Below are positions 7,671 to 17,516 of a stretch of DNA of 64,000 nt, in pieces (positions within the stretch are counted from its first letter, which is position 1; each line of letters opens with the position of its first letter). The notes below the pieces were generated by a model. That model made no database searches. It worked only from the letters and a program-made list of their open reading frames with translations, and was not told where the DNA came from. This stretch comes from an uncultured bacterium (GTDB lineage: Bacteria > Zixibacteria > MSB-5A5 > UBA10806). The stretch covers positions 1-64,000 of the forward strand of contig CBEUCH010000011.1 in NCBI GenBank assembly GCA_965541585.1. The letters are read 5' to 3'. Both the position numbers and the translations under genes were made by a program.

Positions 7671-10259
7671 ATGAGATCATTATCATCGGTACTGGCCCTG
7701 GCGATTCTGCTCAGTCCGGCTATTATGAAAGCGGCGGAGAATCCCGCGATATGGGCCGGTCCTTACCAGTTATCAATGGAAAAACAGCATCCAACGATAG
7801 ATACCAGGCTGAATACTCTGATTTCGTCTCAGATGGTTGAGACGCCGATTCCCGTATGGGTATTTTTCACCGATAAAGGAATATCCGGTGCAGGGGAGTT
7901 CAGTGAGAGATTAAACCTGGCTGAGAGGGATCTGACGGTTGCGGCGAACAAGAGAAGGGCAAAAGCCCGCGGTACTTATAATGTCGTGGATTTCCGCGAT
8001 CTGCCGGTCAATAACACATACATAGATGAGGTTCTCTCAACCGGAGCACAGCGACGTCATACGCTGAGATGGTTCAATGCCGTTACGGTCAACGCCACCC
8101 CGTCCCAGATAGGCGATCTGGCGGCCTTTCCTTTTGTACGGTACGCCAAAGCGATCGCGCATTCGATACCGGATGTGGATTTCGAGCTTACCCCGATTCC
8201 ACCCGATATGACGCTGGTATCGCTGGATTACGGGCCATCGCAGGGGCAGCTCGAGCAGATCAACGTGATCGTGGCCCACGAGCTGGGATTCAAGGGGCAG
8301 GATGTAATAGTCTGCATGATGGATACCGGTTATCGTCAGGGGCACGAGGTTTTCCAGAATATTATCGATAGCGGGCGATTGATCGCCCAGTACGATTTTG
8401 TAAATGGTGACGGCAACACAGATGAAGAGGGTCAGGATCCCTGGGGCCAGCCTAACCATGGAACCCTGACATGGTCGACGCTAGGCGGGGAGTCCGAGGG
8501 AAACCTCTACGGGCCGGCCTACATGGCGAGTTTCGTTCTTTCCAAGAGCGAGGATATATCATCAGAGCATCATATAGAGGAAGATAACTGGGCCGCTGCC
8601 GCCGAGTGGGCGGATTCCATAGGGGCATCTGTAATATCAGCCTCGCTGGGATATCGGTATGGATTCGATTATCCGGATACCAGCTATACTTATGAGGATA
8701 TGGACGGGAACACGACGATAGTTACTATTGCGGCAGATCTGGCCGCTTATAACGGAATTGCGGTGGCGACGGCACAGGGTAATAATGGCTCGTTAGGACC
8801 GGGCTCTCTTCTTGCTCCAGCTGACGGTGATTCTGTTATTGCCTGCGGCGCTGTTGATCCTAATGGCTTTCTTGCCAGTTTTTCAGCTTTAGGCCCGACA
8901 TTTGACGGTCGAATAAAACCGGAAGTCTGCGCTCAGGGCGTTTCAACCGTCTGTGCTGATCCCGGCGATTTTAATGGATATACGACCGCCGGTGGGACGT
9001 CGCTCTCGACGCCACTTTTAGGTGGCGCCTGCGCGGTGCTCCTCTCGGCCCATCCCAACTGGACACCCATGATGGTTCGGGAAGCGCTCATGATGACTGC
9101 CGATCGATCCGACGGTCCGGATAACGATTATGGTTGGGGGATCGCAGATGTTGGCCGGGCCCTCTATTATCATCCCGAAGGCGATATTGTGTTTGATCAT
9201 AAGCCGGACGTTATGATTCGTGGAGGACAAACGATTCCCGTTTCCGTGACAATCTCCAGCGATGCCATCATAACAAACGCCTATTTACATTACGGGATGG
9301 GCGAAGAAGGAGATTTTACGCGGATTACCATGAATACATCTGATAATGTGGTTTTTTACGCGGAGATTCCGTCGCAGCCCGGCGACTGGCTTCGGTATTA
9401 CTTCGAGGCCGTAGATGAGAACAGCTCATATGCATTAAATCCGCTGGGCGGTTTCATGAATCCATATCGCTTCGATCTTGATGGATCGTATGTCGAAGAT
9501 TCTTTCGAGTACGGAATTCGATTATGGAGATCCGGAGGAACCAACGACAATTGGGGCCTGACAACCGAATATACCAGAACCGGCAACCTGAGCATGACTG
9601 ATTCTCCGACCACATACTATGACGACAACACCGATAGCTGGTTCGAATCGACATTCGGCCTCGATCTCACTAACGTCGGCGGCGCTGAAATGACCTTCTA
9701 CTACAGGGGGGTTCTGCAATCCGATCTGGACTTCCTCTATCTGGAAGCCTCGACCGATGGCGGGGCAACCTGGGATCCATTCCCGGAATCGATTACGGGA
9801 TCGGAATTCTCGTTTGTGGAATACACGGCAAGTCTCGGCGATTATATGGGTAATCCGGATGTCAGGCTGAGATTTCGCCTGGTGACCAATAGCACCGGCC
9901 GGCGCGAGGGTATCTATATCGATGATATCAGCATCACCTGGTCACCGACCGGCACCGACGATGATACAGAACCGATACCTGATATATTCACCCTCAGCCA
10001 GAACTACCCCAATCCGTTTAACCCATCGACGAGTATATCATTCTCTCTGGAGCAGAAGGCTTATGCGAGCATAGTCATTTACGATTTGATGGGCAGAAAG
10101 GTCAAGACCCTTATATCGTCGCTTCTCGATGCCGGTGAGCACGAGATACTCTGGGACGGCAGCAATGATTCCGGCACGGATGTCGCCAGCGGTATCTACC
10201 TGTATAAGCTTGAATCCAACGGCTCAAGCCAGGTTAAGCGGATGACGCTGTTGCGGTAA
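7671..10259 (+). CDS. S8 (subtilisin-like) serine peptidase with T9SS type A CTD
   Basis: Signal peptide and propeptide; catalytic motifs MMDTG, NHGT and GTSLS; C-terminal QNYPNPFNP...SGIYLYKL...KRMTLLR. Confidence 0.92.
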   Translation: MRSLSSVLALAILLSPAIMKAAENPAIWAGPYQLSMEKQHPTIDTRLNTLISSQMVETPIPVWVFFTDKGISGAGEFSERLNLAERDLTVAANKRRAKARGTYNVVDFRDLPVNNTYIDEVLSTGAQRRHTLRWFNAVTVNATPSQIGDLAAFPFVRYAKAIAHSIPDVDFELTPIPPDMTLVSLDYGPSQGQLEQINVIVAHELGFKGQDVIVCMMDTGYRQGHEVFQNIIDSGRLIAQYDFVNGDGNTDEEGQDPWGQPNHGTLTWSTLGGESEGNLYGPAYMASFVLSKSEDISSEHHIEEDNWAAAAEWADSIGASVISASLGYRYGFDYPDTSYTYEDMDGNTTIVTIAADLAAYNGIAVATAQGNNGSLGPGSLLAPADGDSVIACGAVDPNGFLASFSALGPTFDGRIKPEVCAQGVSTVCADPGDFNGYTTAGGTSLSTPLLGGACAVLLSAHPNWTPMMVREALMMTADRSDGPDNDYGWGIADVGRALYYHPEGDIVFDHKPDVMIRGGQTIPVSVTISSDAIITNAYLHYGMGEEGDFTRITMNTSDNVVFYAEIPSQPGDWLRYYFEAVDENSSYALNPLGGFMNPYRFDLDGSYVEDSFEYGIRLWRSGGTNDNWGLTTEYTRTGNLSMTDSPTTYYDDNTDSWFESTFGLDLTNVGGAEMTFYYRGVLQSDLDFLYLEASTDGGATWDPFPESITGSEFSFVEYTASLGDYMGNPDVRLRFRLVTNSTGRREGIYIDDISITWSPTGTDDDTEPIPDIFTLSQNYPNPFNPSTSISFSLEQKAYASIVIYDLMGRKVKTLISSLLDAGEHEILWDGSNDSGTDVASGIYLYKLESNGSSQVKRMTLLR

Positions 10260-10280
10260 CCAGAAGTAAATTATTCGAGT

Positions 10281-10319
10281 GGCATGCTTATTCCACGGGA
10301 TGAGCATGCCTTTTTCTTT
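10281..10319 (+). terminator. Intrinsic terminator
   Basis: GGCATGCTTATTC-CACG-GGATGAGCATGCC stem followed by TTTTTCTTT. Confidence 0.8.
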
Positions 10320-10560
10320 GCCATCTACCATGATGAATCAACCCGGGGCATCCGGTCCGGCCTTCTTATATTTGAAAAAACATTCTGACAGCCGTTTGGA
10401 GGGTAATCCAATCTAAAGATCTGGCAGTGTCATGTCGGATCTGCCTCGCTGCGCATAAGATAAGCTCCCACACCACGCCTCCCCTTTCCCGTTGCCTAGA
10501 TAGTCATAATTTGATATAAAGAGATTGATGAAAACAGGCTGTTCAGTCGTAAAAATAGGT

Positions 10561-13500
10561 ATGAAGCATTTTGCGTTCATATCTGCTTTTGTTTGTCTGT
10601 TTTTTGTGTCGCGTGAAATCTCGGCCGGCGAGGAGCCCGAGCCGCTGAAACTCGAACATGCCGATCGCCTCATAAGCTCCGGGGAAAACAGCGAAATCGT
10701 CAACCTGGTGGGCAACGTTCATCTCACGCATGAGGATATCGATCTCTACAGCGACAGGGCCACCTGGTATCGGAAATCGGGGCTGGTGCAGTTTTTGGAT
10801 TCGGTCCTGGTGATCGATGGACAAAGGCGGATTATGGCACAGACGGTCACATATTATCGTCGCGATGGGCGTGTAACTGCCAGAGGCGATGTGAAAATGG
10901 AGGATACCGAGGAGAATATCCTCCTTTTATGCGACGAGGCCGATTATTTTCGCAAGAACCGTCAGCTTAACGCCGTTGGAAATCCGATCCTCATCCTCAA
11001 TCCTCATGATGATATGGCGAAAATGGAGATCAAAGCCCGCCGGATGGAGTATTTCGGAGAGGAGAATAGAGGGGTCGCCTACGATTCTGTGGAGATTATC
11101 AAGAAGCAGATGAATGCCACCAGTGGTCACGCTGAGTTTTTCAAAGATCCGGAAAGGGCGATTCTGACAATCGATCCGTTAGTCCTCTATGGTGAAAACG
11201 AATTGACCGGTGATACGATTTCCATGTTTGCCCGGGAAAAGCAGATAGACAGACTGCTGGTGAATGGCGATGCCAGAACCTTCTACAAGACACAACCGGA
11301 TACCCTGGTTGAAGATTATACCACTACGGAGCTTACAGGGCGCGAATTGGAGGCGTTCTTCTCGGAGGATGAGATCCAGAAAGCGGTGATGAGAAATAAC
11401 GCTGTCTCTATATATATTCCCGCCATAACGGATACGCTGACCAGAGGCACCAATACGGCGTCGGGTGATTCCATAACATTGTATTTCGACAATGGTTTAA
11501 TCCAGCGGGTATTCATATCGGGGGGCGCGCGAGGTCATTATGTGGAACCTAAATTCGAGGAGGGTGCCGAAGAACCGACATATGATACCACTCGCTATTC
11601 GGGCAGTGAAATCGACTACCGGTTCGACGAATCAGAAATTAACCTCTTCGGAAATGCCGAACTCCGCTATCAGGATATGATATTGAACGCCGGTGTCATC
11701 CGCTATGGTATCGGTACCAGGATTCTTTCGGCCAGGGGAATTATTGCAGATTCCACTGAGGATGAGACGGAAATTCCAGTTTTGATCCAGGGAAATGAGA
11801 AACTGGAAGGCCGCAAGATGACATATAATGTGGATACCAAGAAGGGCCAGGTAACCCTGGCGCGTACCGAGTTCGAGGGAGGTTATTATCGGGGCGACAA
11901 AATCAGGCAGGTAACCGAAGATGTCTTATTCGTTTCGCAGGGGAATTATACTTCGTGCGATAATCCGGAGCATGTCCACTACCATTTTCACAGCGACCGG
12001 ATGAAGATGATAGGCAAAGACAAAGTGGTGGCCCGGCCAGTAATACTCTATATCGGAGATCTGCCGGTATTCGCCGTGCCGTATTATGTCTTTCCTGTTA
12101 GAAAGGGGCGTCATTCAGGTTTCCTGACTTTTGAAATCGGCGATCTGGCGCCGGGAGAGAGATTCATCCGCAATCTCGGCTACTACTGGGCGGCATCGGA
12201 ATACTGGGATCTGGAAACCAGCCTCGATTTTTATGAAAGTGTCAGAACGATCTTGAATGCCAATGTCCGATACTCTCTTCGTTACAGGCTCAACGGTTCT
12301 TTGAGGGTGAATTTTGCTCGTGAGACAGATTGGGTCAATTATCAGAAGAGCTTAAACACGAGATGGATGATCAATTTTGCCCATAGACAAACCATATCTC
12401 CGACTATGAATCTGTCCGCATCGGGCAGCTTTGTTTCCGATAAAAGTTATATAGAGGATAATATATACGATCCCGAGGAGCGGCTCGACCGAACGGTGCG
12501 CTCCAACGCCAACCTGACCAAGAAATGGAAATCGTCAGCGCTGGTCATAGCAGCCGACCAAACCTGGAATCTGGATACCGATGTCAAACGGCAGCTTCTG
12601 CCGTCTATAACCTTTTCCCGATCGTCTCTTCCGATATTTCCGGAGCCGGGTAAATCAACGGCCAAAGAGAGGGTAAGGCCCTGGGAGGAGCCCGAGGAGA
12701 TCAAAAAGAGGTTTTACCATTCCATATATTTTTCTATCAGGTCTGCAGGAAAAAATTTCAGACAGCGTTCCCAGAACAGCGATTACTGGAAAGCACACCA
12801 GACCGTTCATACGTCAGCATCTCTATCAAGCCCCCAGAAGCTTCTGGGAGTATTAACCGTCAGTCCGGGGATTAATATGACGCATACGGCATATCATGTT
12901 GAATGGAATCCCAGGGTGGACAGCCTGGGCCTGGAGACGGACAGGTTATTTACGAGGAAAACTTACAATCTTAACGTATCGACCAATACCAGCATTTACG
13001 GGACTGTCTATCCGAACTTGCTGGGAATCGCCGGCCTCCGCCACGTAATAACCCCATCGGTATCCTATCGGTTTACTCCGGAGATAGAGGAAAACGAGGA
13101 ATATCGCAGCTATACCGGCGTGGGGACCAACTCGAAGAGATCGAAATCTCTATCCTATTCTCTGGGCAATTTTTTTCAAGCTAAATATATATCCGGCGAG
13201 GATGAGAAGAATATCAGCCTGTTTACGATGAATTTTTCAGGCGGTTATAATTTCACTGCAGAGGAGAAGAAAATAGGGGACCTGTCAAGTTCTATTCGAA
13301 CCACAGCCATACCGCGCATTGATCTTGATTACAATGCCTCCTATTCATTCTATAACTTCGATGATTCCAGACGGCCTTTGACAAATCCGCGGTTAAAAAG
13401 CGCTTCTGTAAATACGGCCATAAGCGGGGGCTACAGGACTGAAAAGCAAGATGAGGACCGGGACTTGGATGCTCCTTCCGGTGATAGTTCGCGGAAAGGG

Positions 13501-13869
13501 TATCCCGGCAGAAAGGGATACGAAGGGAAAGGATTTTCAGGGATTGGGATGGAGTTTACTCTCAAGCACAGGTACCAGATTACAAAAGGCGAAACCAGCA
13601 CGACGAAGAGGCAGTGGCTGAATCTCGGGCTGCAGATGCAACCTACCTCGGGGTGGGAGATCTCCTATAATTGTCAATATGATTTCAAAGACAAGCGGAT
13701 AGCTTCGCAGTCACTGAATATATCGCGTGATTTACATTGCTGGGAAGGAATCTTTACCTGGATACCGTCGGGACGGATCGCCGGATATTACGTTCGGATT
13801 AATATTAAGTCGCTTCCTGACATAAAGATCGAAAAATCCGAGGGCGGAGTAAGGAGTGGATATCGTTAA
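10561..13869 (+). CDS. lptD: LPS-assembly protein LptD with an extended N-terminal OstA/LptA-like region
   Basis: Signal peptide, several OstA-like jellyroll segments, YTSCD..HYHF, PVRKGRHSGFL, NLGYYWAASEYWD and C-terminal RDLHCWE. Confidence 0.85.
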   Translation: MKHFAFISAFVCLFFVSREISAGEEPEPLKLEHADRLISSGENSEIVNLVGNVHLTHEDIDLYSDRATWYRKSGLVQFLDSVLVIDGQRRIMAQTVTYYRRDGRVTARGDVKMEDTEENILLLCDEADYFRKNRQLNAVGNPILILNPHDDMAKMEIKARRMEYFGEENRGVAYDSVEIIKKQMNATSGHAEFFKDPERAILTIDPLVLYGENELTGDTISMFAREKQIDRLLVNGDARTFYKTQPDTLVEDYTTTELTGRELEAFFSEDEIQKAVMRNNAVSIYIPAITDTLTRGTNTASGDSITLYFDNGLIQRVFISGGARGHYVEPKFEEGAEEPTYDTTRYSGSEIDYRFDESEINLFGNAELRYQDMILNAGVIRYGIGTRILSARGIIADSTEDETEIPVLIQGNEKLEGRKMTYNVDTKKGQVTLARTEFEGGYYRGDKIRQVTEDVLFVSQGNYTSCDNPEHVHYHFHSDRMKMIGKDKVVARPVILYIGDLPVFAVPYYVFPVRKGRHSGFLTFEIGDLAPGERFIRNLGYYWAASEYWDLETSLDFYESVRTILNANVRYSLRYRLNGSLRVNFARETDWVNYQKSLNTRWMINFAHRQTISPTMNLSASGSFVSDKSYIEDNIYDPEERLDRTVRSNANLTKKWKSSALVIAADQTWNLDTDVKRQLLPSITFSRSSLPIFPEPGKSTAKERVRPWEEPEEIKKRFYHSIYFSIRSAGKNFRQRSQNSDYWKAHQTVHTSASLSSPQKLLGVLTVSPGINMTHTAYHVEWNPRVDSLGLETDRLFTRKTYNLNVSTNTSIYGTVYPNLLGIAGLRHVITPSVSYRFTPEIEENEEYRSYTGVGTNSKRSKSLSYSLGNFFQAKYISGEDEKNISLFTMNFSGGYNFTAEEKKIGDLSSSIRTTAIPRIDLDYNASYSFYNFDDSRRPLTNPRLKSASVNTAISGGYRTEKQDEDRDLDAPSGDSSRKGYPGRKGYEGKGFSGIGMEFTLKHRYQITKGETSTTKRQWLNLGLQMQPTSGWEISYNCQYDFKDKRIASQSLNISRDLHCWEGIFTWIPSGRIAGYYVRINIKSLPDIKIEKSEGGVRSGYR

Positions 13870-14003
13870 TCCGCTTTCCTGGTGGCGGATATTTTAGATG
13901 CAAGATTCGCTAAAATGGCGCCAGAAAAGGGTTGACAGGGATCGGTAGACCGTGATATTGACTTTAGTTGACGGTAATATGGACCAATAACCAAGAGGGA
14001 GCT

Positions 14004-14276
14004 ATGACGAAAGAACAGATGATCGAGAGGATGGCTGCAGAGGCCGAGATCACGAAAGCCCAGGCCACGCGGGCGATGAAATCGATGATTACTAACATCA
14101 CCAAGAGCCTGAAGAAGGGGACAAAGGTTACATTAGTCGGATTCGGCACATTTGATATCACCAAGAGGAAGGCTCGCACCGGCCGTAATCCTCGGACAGG
14201 CGCTGAGATCAGCATACCTGCAGCCAAGGTGCCGAAATTTAAAGCCGGTAAGGCGCTTAAAGAAGCTGTCAGGTAG
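14004..14276 (+). CDS. hup: HU family DNA-binding protein
   Basis: [11 protein letters not shown]...VTLVGFGTF...RTGRNPRTG...[22 protein letters not shown] before the ATG at 14004. Confidence 0.95.
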   Translation: MTKEQMIERMAAEAEITKAQATRAMKSMITNITKSLKKGTKVTLVGFGTFDITKRKARTGRNPRTGAEISIPAAKVPKFKAGKALKEAVR

Positions 14277-14299
14277 CTCCGGATTGTAAACTTTTCGCG

Positions 14300-14329
14300 G
14301 ACCTCGCATAAAATGCGGGGTCTTTTTTT
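14300..14329 (+). terminator. Intrinsic terminator
   Basis: GACCTCGCAT-AAA-ATGCGGGGTC stem followed by T7. Confidence 0.85.
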
Positions 14330-14541
14330 GGTGTTGCGTTGACAGACGGTTATACCGGGGGGATGAAGCCGATCCTACATCACGACTCAAGGCAGAGACT
14401 TCACACGATATAGATCGTTGCTCCCTATTGCCAGGAATTCCAGCGTTCCGTCCGCACGAAAATTATCTTCGGACGTCATAGCGGCCTGCCATAGATTGGG
14501 CGAACAGCGCGGCCTATAGCCTGAATTGACGGCATAAATTG

Positions 14542-14570
14542 TTGACACCGACTTTTCACGGTGGTAGATT
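14542..14570 (+). promoter_or_regulatory. sigma70-type promoter, probably leaderless
   Basis: TTGACA-N17-TAGATT ends 6 nt before the ftsK ATG; no SD is present. Confidence 0.6.
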
Positions 14571-14576
14571 TCCGAT

Positions 14577-16847
14577 ATGAAATTGCTGAAAGAAATGGAA
14601 AAGGAAAAGAGAGATAAGATCCTTGGCCTTCTGCTTTCGGCGCTGGCGCTTTTGCTTTTTATCAGTTTGATCTCCTATGATTTCTCTGAAGATCATGCAA
14701 AAATAACAACCGCTATATCGACCGGAGAATACGGTTCGATTTTTACAGGACTCTCGAATCAGGGAGGTGTTGTCGGGGCATCGATCGCGTTTATCCTGTA
14801 TATGATTTTCGGCTATTGCTCGGTTCTTACGCCCGCATTTCTGTTGGCCTGGGGTGTAAATCGTTTTTTCGGCAGATCGCCTTTTGTTATCAGACGCTGG
14901 AGCCTTATCGCCGGCGGCTTCATACTGGCCTTCATGACTTTGATCTCATTGCCTCATGGTCTTGATCAGTTCAGCCGGCAGGAGGTTACCTTTGGTGGAG
15001 CAGTCGGACATTTTCTCGCGCACGTGCTTTTGACCCTGTTTGGCTCGGTATTTTCTTATACACTCGTTATTTCATTGATCATAATGGGAATGGCATTGGT
15101 GATTCCGTCGGCTTTTAGAAAATGGGGAAAGAATTTTATATTGTTGGCATCCGGGTCGATGACCAGGATCTCGGGATGGTTAAAGTCAATCCGCAAAGCT
15201 AAGACCAGAGTTATCGAGGAGGCAACGGCCCCCGCCAAAAAGGAAGGCTTCCTTGCCGGACTTGTCCGTATAAGAAAGAAGCGGGAGAATAAGGCGGGTA
15301 GAGAGCAGCCGCCCGTACAGTCCGAAGATGAAATGATTGTCGAAAAAAGCGCGGTCAAACGGAGACTGAAGACAGGCGGTGAGTCCGCTGATGAGGAAGA
15401 GGTCGAGGCTGCTCCAAGAAAAAAGGGTGACTACCAGCTTCCTCCTCTCGACCTTCTCGACGATCCTCAGGAGGATCTACCGTTGATTGACAAGCCGACC
15501 TATAGGGAGACAGCCGAAGCCTTACGGCATACATTGCTGACTTTCGGTGTGGAGATAGACTCGGGCGAAGTCAGTATATTCCCCGGTCCGATCATAACCC
15601 GCTTTGAGTTCAAGCCCGCCAGCGGGATAAAGGTATCACAGATTACCAATCTTGCCGACGATCTGGCGCTGGCTATGCAGGCCGAACGAATTCGAATCGT
15701 AGCGCCGATTCCGGGAAAGCCTGCGGTGGGTGTTGAAATCCCCAATCGGGTGAAACGCGATATATATATCAAGGAAATTATCTCATCATCGAAATATGCG
15801 GAATCCAATTCCAGACTTCTGTTAAGTCTCGGTAAGACCATAAGCGGTGAGCCGTTTATTGCGGATCTGCAGAAGATGCCCCATCTATTGATTGCGGGTT
15901 CAACCGGTTCCGGGAAATCTGTCTGTTTGAACGGCATAGTAACCAGCCTTGTATATCGGTTGCATCCCGATGAAGTGAGGTTCATTCTGATCGATCCCAA
16001 GCGGCTGGAGCTTTCTGTCTATAACGGTTTACCTCACATGGAAAAACCAGTCGTTACGGAGATGAGGGATGCGGAGAAACTGCTTGGCGACGTCGTACTC
16101 GAGATGGAGGAACGCTATAGAAGGCTCGCCAGGGCAGGGGTCAGGAATATCGATGATTTCAATATGAGTGAAAAAGAGAAACTACCGTATCTGATCATCA
16201 TCGTGGATGAGCTGGCGGATTTGATGATCAGCGGCCTGAACAGGGTGGAATCGTTGATCACACGGCTGGCACAAATGGCCAGGGCCGTGGGAATCCACCT
16301 GATACTGGCTACACAGAGACCGTCGGTTGATGTCATTACAGGATTGATCAAGGCCAATTTCTCGACCAGAATCGCATTCCAGGTGGCCACCAAAGTCGAT
16401 TCCAGGACGATCCTCGATGCCAACGGCGCCGAGAAGCTCATCGGCAGGGGAGACATGTTGTTCTCCAGCCCCGGTATGCCGGAACCGGCGCGAATACACG
16501 GAGCCTTTATCTCGGTCGATGAGACCGAAAGAGTGGTGGAATTTATCTGCCAGCAGGAGTTCCGGACCAGGCCCATAGAGATCATTGAGAAAAGCTATAA
16601 AGAATCTATCCCGGGTTTTGACCCGGCCACTGATCCGTTGTTCAGGGAATCGGTGGAATTGGTCGTCCGTCACAAGCAGGGCTCGGTTTCGCTCTTGCAG
16701 AGGCGCCTGGGCGTTGGATACCAGCGGGCGGCCCGGCTCATCGATCAGCTTGAAAATGCGGGAATCGTAGGGCCTTATGACGGCAGCAAAGCCCGCGAGG
16801 TGATGGTCAACGAATCATATCTCGAATCGGACGAGTTCAAAACTTGA
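14577..16847 (+). CDS. ftsK: DNA translocase FtsK/SpoIIIE
   Basis: N-terminal TM domain, PHLLIAGSTGSGKS Walker A, IIVDELADL, LATQRPSVDVITG, and a gamma domain (SLLQRRLGVGYQRAARLID). Confidence 0.96.
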   Translation: MKLLKEMEKEKRDKILGLLLSALALLLFISLISYDFSEDHAKITTAISTGEYGSIFTGLSNQGGVVGASIAFILYMIFGYCSVLTPAFLLAWGVNRFFGRSPFVIRRWSLIAGGFILAFMTLISLPHGLDQFSRQEVTFGGAVGHFLAHVLLTLFGSVFSYTLVISLIIMGMALVIPSAFRKWGKNFILLASGSMTRISGWLKSIRKAKTRVIEEATAPAKKEGFLAGLVRIRKKRENKAGREQPPVQSEDEMIVEKSAVKRRLKTGGESADEEEVEAAPRKKGDYQLPPLDLLDDPQEDLPLIDKPTYRETAEALRHTLLTFGVEIDSGEVSIFPGPIITRFEFKPASGIKVSQITNLADDLALAMQAERIRIVAPIPGKPAVGVEIPNRVKRDIYIKEIISSSKYAESNSRLLLSLGKTISGEPFIADLQKMPHLLIAGSTGSGKSVCLNGIVTSLVYRLHPDEVRFILIDPKRLELSVYNGLPHMEKPVVTEMRDAEKLLGDVVLEMEERYRRLARAGVRNIDDFNMSEKEKLPYLIIIVDELADLMISGLNRVESLITRLAQMARAVGIHLILATQRPSVDVITGLIKANFSTRIAFQVATKVDSRTILDANGAEKLIGRGDMLFSSPGMPEPARIHGAFISVDETERVVEFICQQEFRTRPIEIIEKSYKESIPGFDPATDPLFRESVELVVRHKQGSVSLLQRRLGVGYQRAARLIDQLENAGIVGPYDGSKAREVMVNESYLESDEFKT

Positions 16848-17431
16848 TTAAGGCATTAATCCTGTATGCGGTACTCTTCGGCTCATCAGGAGAGAAGCTT
16901 CTTGCCGATATTTCAGAAAAGTACAGTTCCTGTGACGGCATCCAATGGCAGATCCGATCCGTAGTGTACTCGGAGATTTTCGAGGAGGCAGAGACGACTA
17001 CCGTGAATCTTGCCTTTGCGCCGCCCGATACGTTTTCAATGACCAGCGATCTCGAAAAAATAGTGGGGATAGGCGACACCATCTGGGTTATGTCCGTCAG
17101 ACACCGTCAGGTTCAAAAGAAATCGATGGCCGGCGTTCAACTGCCATTCGATTTTATCCTGAACTGGAAAGACAGCTATGATCTTGATGGTTACTCGAAT
17201 GATGGCTCTATGATGATATTCGATCTTGCTGGAAAAGCGGATGTTATTCCCGAGAGACTCATAATCGCTGCCGATCGAAAAATGAAAATCAAAGAGATCT
17301 CCTATACAGATTCCAAAGGCGATGATGTGATGCTATCCATCAGGCGGGAAAAGCTGAAACGTCCCCGGAATATAGATCTTTTCTTTCTGGATATCCCCGA
17401 CGATTTCGATTTCATCGATGTCACCGAGTAA
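16844..17431 (+). CDS. lolA: Outer-membrane lipoprotein carrier LolA-like protein
   Basis: Overlaps the ftsK stop (conserved ftsK-lolA order). IVGIGDTIWV...QV pattern and a C-terminal F-x-IP-D motif; divergent. Confidence 0.6.
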   Translation: MIKALILYAVLFGSSGEKLLADISEKYSSCDGIQWQIRSVVYSEIFEEAETTTVNLAFAPPDTFSMTSDLEKIVGIGDTIWVMSVRHRQVQKKSMAGVQLPFDFILNWKDSYDLDGYSNDGSMMIFDLAGKADVIPERLIIAADRKMKIKEISYTDSKGDDVMLSIRREKLKRPRNIDLFFLDIPDDFDFIDVTE

Positions 17432-17516
17432 ATGGCCGGGTATCAATTTATTTCCTATCCTTATAGTAATTGCTTATATTTAAGATTCGTCCGTTTTGAG
17501 TAAGGATTGAAGGTAA

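Noticed and set aside
10320..10520. Possible ncRNA or small gene upstream of lptD
   Set aside because: No convincing structure, SD or motif.
13932..13960. sigma70 promoter for HU
   Set aside because: TTGACA is present, but no good -10 lies at 17 nt spacing, so it was left uncalled.
14330..14540. Possible ncRNA between HU and ftsK
   Set aside because: No tRNA, tmRNA, SRP, RNase P, 6S or riboswitch signature recognised.
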